Assembly (NCBI GenBank): GCA_963792995.1
Contig: CAWBYH010000013.1
Span: 9,709-73,708 of the forward strand
Length of the DNA stretch: 64,000 nucleotides
Source of the DNA: an uncultured Thermoleophilia bacterium
GTDB taxonomy: Bacteria; Actinomycetota; Thermoleophilia; Gaiellales; Gaiellaceae
Direction of reading: 5' to 3'
In this document: positions 40,213-50,832 of the stretch, piece by piece
Layout of the letters: every line of letters starts with the position of its first letter
How positions within the stretch are numbered: position 1 is the stretch's first letter
Position numbers and translations under genes: made by a program
Notes under the pieces: model-generated
Database searches by the model: none
Seen by the model: only the letters and a program-made list of their open reading frames with translations
Told to the model about the DNA's origin: nothing

Positions 40213-42265
40213 TCAGGCGTGCACCAGATCGCGCTCCTTCTGCGTCTCGTCGATCACCTTCTGGGCGACGTGCGCGGGCACCTCGTCGTAGCGGAGAAAG
40301 TGCATCGAGTACTCGCCGCGCCCGCCCGTCATCGAGGTCAGTGACTGGGCGTACGTGAGCAGCTCGGCCATCGGCACCTCGGCTTTGATCGTCGTCATCC
40401 CGGCCGCCGGCTCCATCCCGTGCAGCCGACCGCGGCGCGAGTTGAGGTCACCGTTGACCGAGCCCGACCGCCTCGTCCGGAACGGTCACGTCGAGCTCCA
40501 TGATCGGCTCGAGGAGAACGGGCGAGGCCTTCGCGTACGCGTCCTTCCACGCCATCGAGCCCGCGATCTTGAACGCCATCTCGGAGGAGTCGACGTTGTG
40601 GTACGACCCGTCGACGAGGAGAACCCTCACGCCCTGGACGGGGGCTCCGGCGAGCTCGCCGTGCGCCATCGCCTCCTGGATGCCCTTGTCGACCGCCGGC
40701 CGGAAGCTCTGCGGAATCACGCCGCCGACGATCTTGTCAACGAACTCGTATCCGACACCGCCGTCGATCGGCTCGATCACGATGTGGCAGTCGCCGAACT
40801 GACCCCTGCCGCCGGTCTGCTTTTTGTAGCGGCCGTGCGCGCGCGCCTCGGAGCGAATCGTCTCGAGGTATGGCACCCGAGGCGGGTGCAGCTCGATGTC
40901 GACCGAGAATCGCCGCCTTGCCCGCTCGAGCGCGACCTCGACGTGCATCTGGCTCATGCCGGAGAGGATCTCCTCCCCCGTCTGCTGGTTGCGTCGCAGC
41001 TGGAGGGTCGGGTCCTCCTCCGCCAGCCGGCGAATCGCCGCCGCGACTTTCTCCTCCTCGCCCTTCACCCCCGGGGTGATCGCGAAGCTCATCACAGGCT
41101 CGGGGAACGCGATCTCGGGGAGATCGGCGTCGATCTCCCGGTCGGTCAGCAGATCGCCGGTGCGCACGTCTTTCAGCTTCGCGACAGCGCCGATGTCGCC
41201 GTCGCCGAATTCCTTCACTCCCGTGTGGTCCTTCCCCTGGAGCTGCAGCAAGGTTCCCATGCGCTCCTTGGCGTGGCCGCGTGCGTCGACCAACGTCGAG
41301 TCGGCGGTGACCGAACCGCGCAGCACCCGGAAGAGGTTGATCCGTCCGGCGAACGGGTCGGCGAGCGTCTTGAAGACGAAGGCGGCGGAGTCGGCTCCCT
41401 CGATCTCCATAGGAGCACCCCGCTTGGCGGGCGACGGCACGCCCTCGACGATCAGGTCGAGCAGTGCGTGGGTGCCGAGGTTCTTGGTGGCGACGCCACA
41501 GGCGACGGGAAAGACTTCACCCTTCGTGATCGCGAGCTTCAACGCCGATGCGACCGCGTGCGCATCGAGGTCATCACCGGCGAGGTACTGCTCCATGAGG
41601 GCATCGTCGGTCTGGACGACCTCGTCGAGGAGCTTCTCGCGGTACTCCTGTGCGAGATCGAGCATCTCGCCGGGAATCTCGGTCGGCTCTCCCTCCTTGC
41701 CGCCCTCCGGGCTCGTGTAGGCGCACATGTGGAGCACGTCGACGATTCCCTCGAGCTCGTGCTCGGAGCCGATCGGAAGGTGGACGGCAACGCACCGCGA
41801 CGAGAACTGCTCCTGGATCTGGGCGAGCGTCCGGTAGAAGTCGGCGCGCTCCCGATCGAGCATGTTGACGAAGAGGACGCGGGCGAGGCCGAGATCGTCG
41901 GCGAGATGCTTGACGCGTGCGGTTCCGACCTCGAGACCCATGACGCCGTTGACGACCACGAGCGCTCCCTCGACGACCCGGAGCGCGCACCGCGCTTCTC
42001 CCTGGAAGCTCGGGTCGCCGGGGACGTCGACGAAGTTGAGCTTCCGACCCTGCCAGTTCGCGTGAGCGAGCGTGAGCGAGATCGACATCCGCCGCTTCTG
42101 CTCGTCCTCGTCCCAGTCGCTGACGGTCGTCCCCGCTTCGACCGAGCCGAGGCGGTTGATCTCCCCGGTCTGGTACAGCAGTGCTTCGACGAGGGAGGTC
42201 TTGCCGGTCCCACGATGGCCGACGACGGCGACGTTGCGGATCTTTCCGGGCTCGATTGCGGCCAT
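40213..42265 (-). CDS. Elongation factor G paralog (EF-G2-like); frameshift near 40460
   Basis: IRNVAVVGHRGTGKT, EEDPT, KKQTGGRGQFG, DGSYHNVDSSEMAF, LLEPIM, L.SMTGGRG. Confidence 0.92.
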
Positions 42266-42369
42266 GGGCGTCCGTTCCTCCTCGGGGGATGTCTGGTACC
42301 TCCGAGTCTAAACCGTCCGGGCAATCAAGGCGTAGCGGCGGGACCTGCAACCGCGCCTCGCCCAACAGG

Positions 42370-43158
42370 CTACGTCTCTGCCGCCTCGCGCATTCCGCCG
42401 GAGAGACGGGCCTTGAGACGGAGCACGGCCTTCGTGTGGAGCTGTGAGACGCGCGACTCCGTGACGCCGAGCACCTCACCGATCTCGCGGAGCGTCAGCT
42501 CCTCGTAGTAGTACAAGGTGATCACGAGCTTCTCGCGTTCGGGCAGGCGCGCGATCGAGTCGCCGAGCGCCTCGCGCATCTCGCTCTGCTCGAGTGAGAA
42601 CTCCGGATCGGGCGCATCGACGTCCTCGATCGTGTCGATGAGGGCGATCTGGTCGCCGCCACCGGATGGTGACCAGAGCTCGTCGAGTGCGGCCATCGAC
42701 GAGCGAGAGATCTCGGAGAGGCTGCTCTCGAGCTCCTCGATCGTGATCCCGACCTTGTCGGCGATCTCCTCGTCGGTCGGAGCCCGGTGTAGGCGGCGCT
42801 CAAGCTCGGCGATCGCCCGCTCGATCTCACGTGCCCGCGTGCGCACGGAGCGCGGAACCCAGTCCAGCGAGCGGAGCTCGTCGATGATCGCGCCTCTGAT
42901 GCGGCTGATCGCGTACGTCTCGAACTTGATCTCGCGGTCGAGATCGAAGCGCTCGATCGCCCCGATCAGGCCGAGCAGGCCGTACGAGACGAGGTCCTGC
43001 TCGTCGACGTGCGCAGGGAGCGTTGCCCCGAGGCGACCGGCGACGAACTTCACGAGCGGCGCGTACGTCAGGATCAACCGGTCGCGCAACGCCTGGTCGC
43101 GCGTCCTCCGGTAGTCCTGCCAAAGCGCCTGCGTCTCAGTTCCAGGCTTTACGGACAC
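42370..43158 (-). CDS. whiG: FliA/WhiG family sigma factor
   Basis: YAPLVKFVAGR, KFETYAISRIRGAIIDELRSLDWVPRSVR, GVTESRVSQLHTKA; TATTCT 6 nt before GTG. Confidence 0.92.
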   Translation of the reverse strand: MSVKPGTETQALWQDYRRTRDQALRDRLILTYAPLVKFVAGRLGATLPAHVDEQDLVSYGLLGLIGAIERFDLDREIKFETYAISRIRGAIIDELRSLDWVPRSVRTRAREIERAIAELERRLHRAPTDEEIADKVGITIEELESSLSEISRSSMAALDELWSPSGGGDQIALIDTIEDVDAPDPEFSLEQSEMREALGDSIARLPEREKLVITLYYYEELTLREIGEVLGVTESRVSQLHTKAVLRLKARLSGGMREAAET

Positions 43159-43204
43159 TGCAACAGAATACGCCGCGCAGCCCAGAAACCTTCTTTGAGG
43201 TGTC

Positions 43205-43375
43205 TCAGCCTCCTGGCCACGCCTTGCGGGAGAGGTCGGCCATCCAGAGCGCAAGCCCTGCGGCGGCGATACCGATCACGAGCGCGCGACCGCCAGAAAG
43301 CACTGCATACACGGCGAGACCGCCCAGCACGAGCGCGATTGCGAGGAACAGAACCGAGAGCAATCGACGCTGCAC
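43205..43375 (-). CDS. 56-aa two-TM membrane protein (absent from ORF track)
   Basis: VQRRLLSVLFLAIALVLGGLAVYAVLSGGRALVIGIAAAGLALWMADLSRKAWPGG*; TAGCCT 7 nt upstream. Confidence 0.7.
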   Translation of the reverse strand: MQRRLLSVLFLAIALVLGGLAVYAVLSGGRALVIGIAAAGLALWMADLSRKAWPGG

Positions 43376-43406
43376 GATGCCGAGGCTACACTGGTGCGTG
43401 CAACCC

Positions 43407-43479
43407 AGGGGCGTGGCTCAATTGGTAGAGCACCGGTCTCCAAAACCGGGGGTTGCAGGTTCGAGTCCTGCCGCCCCTG
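43407..43479 (+). tRNA. tRNA-Trp(CCA)
   Basis: AGGGGCG/CGCCCCT acceptor stem, CCGGT-CTCCAAA-ACCGG anticodon arm, GTTCGAGT. Confidence 0.96.
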
Positions 43480-43630
43480 CTTCCACGCCGATCGCGGTTC
43501 AATCGGTTCCGTCGGAACCGGCCCTCTCGTCTCGGGGGACGTGGACTTCCACCTCGTTATGCTCGATCCCTCGCCTGGCGCCAGGGGTCGCAACGGCAGA
43601 GCCTCTCCGGCACGGGTGTAGCGTTCCGCC

Positions 43631-43825
43631 ATGCCGGAAACGGATCCACCTCCCGGTCCGTCGTCGGGCGCTCCCCCGTCACTGTGCCACTCGTGCAGCT
43701 TCGTGCGCTCGGTGAGCGGCCGGCACGGTCAGATGTACCTCCTCTGCGAGAACGACGAGATCGCCGAGAAGTACCCGCCGCAGCCCCTCCTCCGCTGCCC
43801 CGGGTACGCGCCCGCCGAGCAGTGA
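43631..43825 (+). CDS. Small 4-Cys protein
   Basis: LCHSC...YLLC...KYPPQPLLRCPGY; TAGCGT 6 nt upstream. Confidence 0.7.
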   Translation: MPETDPPPGPSSGAPPSLCHSCSFVRSVSGRHGQMYLLCENDEIAEKYPPQPLLRCPGYAPAEQ

Positions 43826-43931
43826 CCGGAACCGAGGGCGCTGCTCTGCGCTCGATCAGCCACTCGCACCGCGCCTCCGGTAGCCTCGAACATCGGATGG
43901 CCGGTGACGTAAAGCATCATCCGGAAGTCGG

Positions 43932-44198
43932 ATGAGAGAGGTCGAGGAGCGCGTCAAGCACCTGCTTTCCCTCAGGATTCAGGTCCGGCCGGAGGTTCTC
44001 GCGCAGAGCGATGCCGGCACCTCCCTGCTCGGCCAGGGGATCGGGCTCGATTCGATCGAGGCGCTCACGCTTGCGGTGGCACTCGAGGAGGAGTTCGAGA
44101 TCGAGATCGACGACGAGGATCTGACTGCCGAACTCTTCACGACGCTCGGGACGCTCGTCACCTACGTCGAAGAGCGAATCTCGAGCAGCCGAACATGA
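43932..44198 (+). CDS. Acyl/peptidyl carrier protein
   Basis: GIGLDSIEAL phosphopantetheine site, acidic LEEEFEIEI. Confidence 0.92.
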   Translation: MREVEERVKHLLSLRIQVRPEVLAQSDAGTSLLGQGIGLDSIEALTLAVALEEEFEIEIDDEDLTAELFTTLGTLVTYVEERISSSRT

Positions 44199-45148
44199 CG
44201 CGACCCCTGATCGCCGCGAGGGACATCTACCACCTCGAGGTCATCGTGCTCCTCACCGTCGTCGGCGCTCTTCCTTCGGCCCGGCTGCGCGGCTGGATCA
44301 CCCGCCGGCTCGGCGCCACCGCCTACAGGACGTCTCGAGCGAAGAGGCGCGCCGCAGAGGCGAGCGTGCGCCTCACCTGCGGTACCGACGCCGACGTTCA
44401 GAGCATCGTCAGATCGAGCTTCGTGGAATTCTGGCGCGAGATGCTCGAGTTCACTTCTCCCGCCCGGCTCGACCAGATGCAGGTGTGCGGCCTCGAGCAT
44501 GTCCGCGGGGCGCTCGCCCGCGGACACGGCGCCATCCTGTGGGAGAGCAACGGATTCGGCTACCGGACCGCCTCCAAGAAGCTGTTGCATTCGATCGGAC
44601 TGCCCGTGCACCAGGTGCACGGCAGGAACAATGTCGGGAACTTTCATGTCCCGCCCGGGTCGTCGACGTGGCTGCGAGAAAGGCTCGTGACACCGTTCTT
44701 CGACCGGCACGAGGAACGATGGGTGGCAGACATCGTCTACCTGCCCGCGACCGATTCGTTCGCGTTCACCCGTCGGTTGCAGCAGATCCTCGCCCGGAAC
44801 GGGATCCTCTGTATCGCGGGTGACGGGCAAGACGGTCGGAGGTTCGTGCCCGTCGACTTCCTCGGGGGTACCGCCCGCCTCGCGACGGGGATGGTCACGC
44901 TCTCCCAGGTCTCGGGGGCGCCCCTCCTTCCCCTGATCTGCACCCTCGATCCGGCCGGAGGGATCGTCCTCACGGTCGGAGCGCCGATTCGCCTCGATCC
45001 CTCTGCCGAACGGGACGAGGCGCTTCACGCGGGGCTGCAGCAGTACGCAACCCAGCTCCAGGCGCATGTTGGGCGTCAGCCCGGCCTATACCGCAACTGG
45101 CATCTGCTCGACGCTCTCCGCGAGCGCCAGGCTGCGGGTGTCGCATGA
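44195..45148 (+). CDS. Atypical LpxL/lysophospholipid acyltransferase family protein
   Basis: GLEHVRGALARGHGAIL, L.RNGILCIAGDG, V.FLG..A....G, QPGLYRNW. Confidence 0.72.
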   Translation: MTRPLIAARDIYHLEVIVLLTVVGALPSARLRGWITRRLGATAYRTSRAKRRAAEASVRLTCGTDADVQSIVRSSFVEFWREMLEFTSPARLDQMQVCGLEHVRGALARGHGAILWESNGFGYRTASKKLLHSIGLPVHQVHGRNNVGNFHVPPGSSTWLRERLVTPFFDRHEERWVADIVYLPATDSFAFTRRLQQILARNGILCIAGDGQDGRRFVPVDFLGGTARLATGMVTLSQVSGAPLLPLICTLDPAGGIVLTVGAPIRLDPSAERDEALHAGLQQYATQLQAHVGRQPGLYRNWHLLDALRERQAAGVA

Positions 45149-46654
45149 AGCGCCCCGCCGAGGTCGACCAAACGAGCGAAACTGTCGCGGATGCGTTCGA
45201 TCGAACCGCGGCGGCCGGGGCATCGCGCGTCGCGGTGCACGAGCAGGGATGCGACTGGTCGTTCGCGAAGCTGCGCGATCAGTCCGAGGTGGTTTCCCGA
45301 CTGCTCGCGACGCTCTGCCTGCCCGGACAGCGCGTTGGCCTGATGGTGCCCAATTCCGCCGCATTCGTCGCAGCGTTCTACGGCATCGTGCGGATCGGAG
45401 GCGTGGTCGCTCCGCTCAACCCTCGCTACGGAAGCCAGGAAATCGCGTTCTACACCACGGATGCACGTGCCGTAGCCATCGTCGTGTCGCCCGAGTGCAG
45501 CGCAACCGTTCTCGCGGCGCTCGCCACGCTCGATCGTCGCCCGGCGCTGATCGAGATCGACCACGAAGGACGAAGTCGGCTGCTCGGCGCCGGCTCCGCG
45601 AACGCGCACGAGATCGAGCCCGCCCTCGACCCCGCGGGGAGCCCTCTCCTCCATCAGTACACCTCGGGGTCGACCGGCGCACCGAAGCGCGTCGTCCGGA
45701 CACATGCCCACCTCCGCTTCGAGCTCGAGCGCCTCGCGGCCGTTTTCGGGCTCGACGAACGAGATCGCTTCGTCGGCGCTGCGCCCTTCTCCCACGTCAA
45801 CGGTCTCGTTCGAACGATGCTGAGCTCGATGTTCGTCGGCGCGACCCTCTACCCCGTCCCGACGCTCAACCGCCGTCCGCTGCTCTCCCTGATCACACGC
45901 GAGAAGCTGACGTTCTTCGGGGGCGTGCCGCAGATGTTCGCCCTCCTCGCCGCTACCTCCTCGCGCGACGCGGTCGATCTCTCGACATTGCGCATCGTCT
46001 TCTCCTCCAGCGCGCCGCTCCTCGCGGAGGACAACCATCGCTTTCACGACCGCTACGGGATCCGGGTAAGCCAGCTCTACGGCTCGACCGAGACCGGGAC
46101 AATCAGCGTCAACCTCGAGCGGCCGGCCGAGCTTCCGGAATCGGTCGGTCAGCCACTTCCCGGAGTACGCGTCGACGTCCTCGGCGATGGCCGCGCCCCG
46201 CTCCCGCGCGGCCAGCGAAGGCGAGGTAGCCGTCGCGAGCCCGGCGGCGATCGGCGGCTACGACGGCAACTCCGAAGCGAATGCGACGAGCTTCCACAAA
46301 GGCTTCTATCTCACGGGGGACCTGGGTCGACTCGATGCCGACGGCAACCTGACCCTGACCGGCCGCACGAAGCTCATGATCAACCGCGGCGGGTTCAAGG
46401 TGAACCCCCTCGAGGTCGAACGCGTGATCGGCGAGCATCCTCTCGTACGCGACGTCGTCGTCCTGGGCGCACCGGGTGCCCACGGCGACGAGATCGTGCG
46501 CTGCCTCGTCGTGGCATCCGGTCCGTGCACGGCAGAGGACATCGTCCACGGGTGCGAAGGCCGCATCGCCGACTACAAGATCCCGAGCCGGATCGAGTTC
46601 CGGGAGACCTTGCCGAGAAGCGAAACAGGCAAGATCCTTCGACACGAGCTCTGA
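45145..46654 (+). CDS. Class I adenylate-forming enzyme; frameshift near 46210
   Basis: YTSGSTGAPK, YGSTE, TGDLG, GRTK, PRSETGK. Confidence 0.9.
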
Positions 46655-46665
46655 GGCGGGCTCGC

Positions 46666-47578
46666 TCAGTCCTCGTGGAGCCGAGCCTGCAGGCGGGCCG
46701 CGTGGACGGCGTTCCGGAGGAGGAAAACGTCGGTGATCGGGCCGACACCGCCGGGCACGGGCGAGATCGCCTCGGCGACCTTGGCGACGGAATCGGTGTC
46801 GACGTCCCCCACCATGCGCACCTTGCCTGTCTCCGGGTCGGTTTCGGGGTTGATCCCGACGTCGATCACGATCGCTCCCGGTTTCACCATGTCGCCCGGT
46901 CACGAAGCGTGGCACCCCGGCGGCGACGACGAGAACGTCTGCGGCACGCGTGTGTGCCTCGAGCCGGCCGGCCTGAGCGGTGAACTTGTGCGCGCTGATC
47001 ACCGTCGCGTTGCGCGCGAGGCCGAGCCAGAGCGCCGGCTTGCCGACGTTGTTCGAACGACCGATCAACACGAGATCGAGCCCGTTGTAGAACGTGGACG
47101 GGTCGCGCCCGGTATCGGCGACGTAGCGGTCGAGCATCCAGAACACCGAAGCGGGTGTCGACGGCACGAACCGCGGCTGGCCGAGCGCGAGCAGTCCGGC
47201 GTTGTCCGGGTGCACCGCCTCGATGTCCTTGAGCGGATCGAGCCGACGGTAGACGTGCCCCTCGTCGACCTGCGTCGGCAAGGGACGGAGGACGAGGATG
47301 CCGGAGACACGGGGGTCGGCGTTGAGCTTGCCGACGAGTGCGAGCACCTCGGCTTCCTCGGCGTCGCTCGGGAGCCGCTCGCAGGCATACCGGCACCCGA
47401 GCTCCTCGGCCAGCCGCCGGACGCGCCGCTCGTACGCCGCCGACGCGTAGTCCTCACCGACGAGCAGGGTTGCGAGGCCGGGTCGAACGCCGGCGGCCTC
47501 GAGGCCACGGACACCCTCCTCCACCTCAGCGCGCAGCTCTGCCGCGAGGTGCTCACCGTCTATCCGGATCGCCGACAC
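46666..47578 (-). CDS. Second, divergent FolD-family protein; frameshift near 46895
   Basis: [42 protein letters not shown]. Confidence 0.85.
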
Positions 47579-47648
47579 GCCGACAGAATTTACCGCGTCT
47601 TTCCGCCGAACGGAGACGCATACGTCCCTCGCGGACGCATACTCTCGC

Positions 47649-49232
47649 TTGAGCACCGACCGAAGGATCCCCTTGACGGTATTGACGAGCAGAATCGATC
47701 GTTCCTCGGAAGCCTTCGCGGCACGGGCCGCCCAGATGAGCCGGCTCGTCGCCGAATTGCGCGAACGAACCGCCCTCGTCGCGACGGGCGGTGGCGAGAA
47801 GGCGATCGAGCGCCACCGCTTGCGCGGGAAGCTGACCGCTCGCGAGCGCATCGACCGGCTCGTCGATCCCGGCACGGCCTTTCTGGAGTTGAACGCGCTC
47901 GCGGCGTGGGACGTCTACGACCGACAGGCGCCCGCTGCCGGCATCGTGACCGGCATCGGGGTGATCGAGGGCCGCGCCTGCGTCATCGTCGCGAACGACG
48001 CCACCGTCAAGGGTGGCTCGTACTTCCCCCTGACCGTCAAGAAGCACCTTCGAGCGCAGGAGGTGGCAGAGCAGAACAACCTGCCGTGCATCTACCTCGT
48101 CGACTCGGGTGGCGCCTTCCTCCCACTCCAGTCGGACGTCTTCCCCGACCGCGACCACTTCGGCCGCATCTTCTACAACCAGGCGCGGATGTCGGCACGG
48201 AACATCCCGCAGATCGCCGTCGTGATGGGATCGTGCACCGCCGGTGGCGCGTACGTCCCGGCGATGAGCGACGAGACCGTCATCGTCGAGGGCACCGGCA
48301 CGATCTTCATCGGCGGCCCGCCGCTCGTGAAGGCCGCGACCGGCGAAGACGTGACGGCCGAGGACCTCGGTGGCGCGACGCTTCACACGCGGCGCTCGGG
48401 CGTCGCCGACCACTACGCCGTCTCCGACGAGCACGCGCTCGCCCTTGCGCGCCAGATCGTGCGGCATCTCGGCGATCCCGAGCCCGCGCCCTGGGAGGTT
48501 GCGTCTTCCGAGCCGCCCGTCGTCGACCCTGCCGATCTCTACGGCGTGGTGCCGGAGCACTACCGGCACGAGCTCGATCCGCTCGAGGTGATCGCCCGGA
48601 TCGTCGACGGGAGCCACTTTCACGAGTTCAAGGCGCTCTACGGTGACAGCCTCGTCTGCGGGTTCGCCCGGATCGAGGGGCATCCGGTCGGCATCCTCGC
48701 AAATCGCGGCGTCCTCTTCGCCGAGTCGGCGCAGAAGGGTGCCCACTTCATCGAGCTCGCGTGCAAGCGCCGCATCCCGCTCGTGTTCCTGCAGAACATC
48801 ACCGGCTTCATGGTCGGCAAGGAAGCCGAGGAAGGGGGCATCGCCCGCGACGGCGCCAAGCTCGTCACGGCCGTCGCCTGCGCCGACGTGCCCAAGTTCA
48901 CCGTCGTTACGGGAGGCTCGTTCGGCGCGGGCAACTATGCGATGTGCGGCCGCGCATACGGGCCGCGGCAGCTCTGGATGTGGCCGAATGCACGTATCTC
49001 GGTGATGGGAGGAGAGCAGGCGGCGACGGTGCTCTCGATGGTCGGCGATGCCGACCCCGAGGAGATTCGCACCACCTACGAGCAGGAAGGGTCCCCGTAC
49101 TTCTCGACTGCGCGGCTCTGGGACGACGGCATCATCGACCCGCTCGACACACGACGCGTCCTCGCGCTCGGTCTGGCGGCAGCCGCGAACGCACCCGTCC
49201 CCGACACGACGTTCGGTGTGTTCCGCATGTAG
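47649..49232 (+). CDS. Methylcrotonyl-CoA carboxylase-like carboxyltransferase (beta) subunit
   Basis: [45 protein letters not shown]. Confidence 0.93.
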   Translation: MSTDRRIPLTVLTSRIDRSSEAFAARAAQMSRLVAELRERTALVATGGGEKAIERHRLRGKLTARERIDRLVDPGTAFLELNALAAWDVYDRQAPAAGIVTGIGVIEGRACVIVANDATVKGGSYFPLTVKKHLRAQEVAEQNNLPCIYLVDSGGAFLPLQSDVFPDRDHFGRIFYNQARMSARNIPQIAVVMGSCTAGGAYVPAMSDETVIVEGTGTIFIGGPPLVKAATGEDVTAEDLGGATLHTRRSGVADHYAVSDEHALALARQIVRHLGDPEPAPWEVASSEPPVVDPADLYGVVPEHYRHELDPLEVIARIVDGSHFHEFKALYGDSLVCGFARIEGHPVGILANRGVLFAESAQKGAHFIELACKRRIPLVFLQNITGFMVGKEAEEGGIARDGAKLVTAVACADVPKFTVVTGGSFGAGNYAMCGRAYGPRQLWMWPNARISVMGGEQAATVLSMVGDADPEEIRTTYEQEGSPYFSTARLWDDGIIDPLDTRRVLALGLAAAANAPVPDTTFGVFRM

Positions 49233-49291
49233 GCAGCCGGCCCCGGATACGTCAGTGTCCTGCCGGCAACGATCCACGGGAAGGAGGACAC

Positions 49292-49650
49292 ATGTCCTAG
49301 AAGGCACTCGACGCCGAGGAGATGAAGCTCACCTGGGGAACGTTTCGCATGGTGCGCCACGAACTGGGCGGGACTGCCTTCGGCCTCAACCAGATCGACT
49401 TCCCACCCTTCAAAGTCGGGCCTGAGCACGACGAGCTACAGTCGGGTCAGGAGGAGATCTACTACTGCGTCTCCGGCTCCGGCACCCTCACGGTCGACGG
49501 CGAACCGGTCGAGATGCACCCCGGCCTCTACATCCTCGTCTCGGCCGACGCAAGCGACATCCGGAGGCCGGTGAGGCCGGGATGTCGTTCATCTGCGTCG
49601 GCGGCGTGCCGGGAGGCGTCTACGAGCCGTGGGTGCCGTCCGAGGACTGA
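49292..49650 (+). CDS. Cupin-domain protein (TAG at codon 3 and indels near 49550-49580, probably errors)
   Basis: AAGGAGG SD; PEHDE...QEEIYY..SGSG...VDGE. Confidence 0.65.
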
Positions 49651-49657
49651 CGACCAC

Positions 49658-50197
49658 CTACGCCGCCGCGGCCCGCTGCGCCGCCTCGGCGACGAGCGTC
49701 TCGACGACGGTGCGCAGCTGGCCGCGCAGATCCTCGTCTGGCTCTGACAGCCGATCGGGGGCCTTGCCGAGCGAAAGCTCGGCGTCGACGACTCGCGCTC
49801 CCATGATCCCGAGTACCTTGCGCGTCTCTGCATGTGCCCAGACGCCGCCGAACGCGCCCGGACTCGCACCGATGACCGCGACCGGCTTGCCACGGAAGGC
49901 GTTCGTCGCCGTCGGCCTCGATCCCCAGTCGAGTGCATTCTTGAGCGTGCCCGGGATCGAGCCGTTGTACTCCGGCGTCGAGATGAGGACCGCATCGGCC
50001 TTCAGGACAGCGGATCGGAACCCCGCCACGGGAAGGGAGGCTTCGCCCTCGGTGTCCTCGTCGTACGGCGGGATGTCACGGAGTCCCTCCCAGACGGCGA
50101 GCTCGACGCCGTCCGGGAGGCTCTCGGTCGCGAGGCGAAGGAGGGCACGGTTGACCGAGTCCTCCCGCAGGCTGCCGGCAATTCCGAGGATCTGCAT
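49658..50197 (-). CDS. NADPH-dependent FMN reductase
   Basis: GSLREDSVN, TPEYNGSIPG.LKNALDW. Confidence 0.92.
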   Translation of the reverse strand: MQILGIAGSLREDSVNRALLRLATESLPDGVELAVWEGLRDIPPYDEDTEGEASLPVAGFRSAVLKADAVLISTPEYNGSIPGTLKNALDWGSRPTATNAFRGKPVAVIGASPGAFGGVWAHAETRKVLGIMGARVVDAELSLGKAPDRLSEPDEDLRGQLRTVVETLVAEAAQRAAAA

Positions 50198-50199
50198 CG

Positions 50200-50748
50200 C
50201 TAGCCCTCCTCGTCGAGCACGAGCTCGAGCTCTGCGCGGAGCTTCACGTCGTTCCCGACGGCGAAACCACCGGTCGGAAGCGGCGCGTTCCAGTCGAGGC
50301 CGTAGGCCGTCCGGTCGATGACCGTCGACAGCTCGAGACCGAGTCGCGAGCTCCCGTCGAAGGCATGCGTCACGGGACCCGTCACCGTGCCGGTGATCTC
50401 CACCGGTCGTGTCGTCCCCTTGAGCGTCAGCTCGCCGTCGATCGTGAGCCTGTCGTCTGCGACCCGGATATCGGTCGAGCTGAACGTGAGCTGCGGGTGT
50501 CGCTCGGCATCGAAGAAGTCCGGCGACAGCAGGTGGCCGTTGAGGTTCGGTTCGGAGACGCTGATGGACGTGACGTCGACGGTGCCCCGGATCCCGGTCT
50601 CGTCGACCGAGACGTCGAATGTGCCGAACCCGCCGCGGAAGTTCGCGACGACCATGTGCTTGACGGAGAACTCGACGGTCGAGTGGACGGGATCGACCGT
50701 CCACGTGCCGGCCGGAAGTGAAGTGCGAATCTCTGAAATCGTGCTCAC
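50200..50748 (-). CDS. YceI family protein
   Basis: W.VDPVHS.V.F.VKH, HL.SPDFFD, IDR..YG..WN. Confidence 0.92.
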   Translation of the reverse strand: MSTISEIRTSLPAGTWTVDPVHSTVEFSVKHMVVANFRGGFGTFDVSVDETGIRGTVDVTSISVSEPNLNGHLLSPDFFDAERHPQLTFSSTDIRVADDRLTIDGELTLKGTTRPVEITGTVTGPVTHAFDGSSRLGLELSTVIDRTAYGLDWNAPLPTGGFAVGNDVKLRAELELVLDEEG

Positions 50749-50773
50749 AGGAATGTTCCTTTCTCGCTACTAT

Positions 50774-50832
50774 TTGATGACTCAACTACCTTAGCGGAGA
50801 GATCATTGTCTCGTCAAGTATTGACCACACAA
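50774..50832. promoter_or_regulatory. Three TTG-N6-CAA boxes, putative MarR operators
   Basis: TTGATGACTCAA (50774), TTGTCTCGTCAA (50806), TTGACCACACAA (50821) between divergent yceI and marR. Confidence 0.6.

Noticed and set aside
49298-49300. In-frame TAG in the cupin gene as stop-codon recoding
   Set aside because: Single case in a locally error-rich gene; TAG is a normal stop elsewhere in the window; no pyl genes seen.
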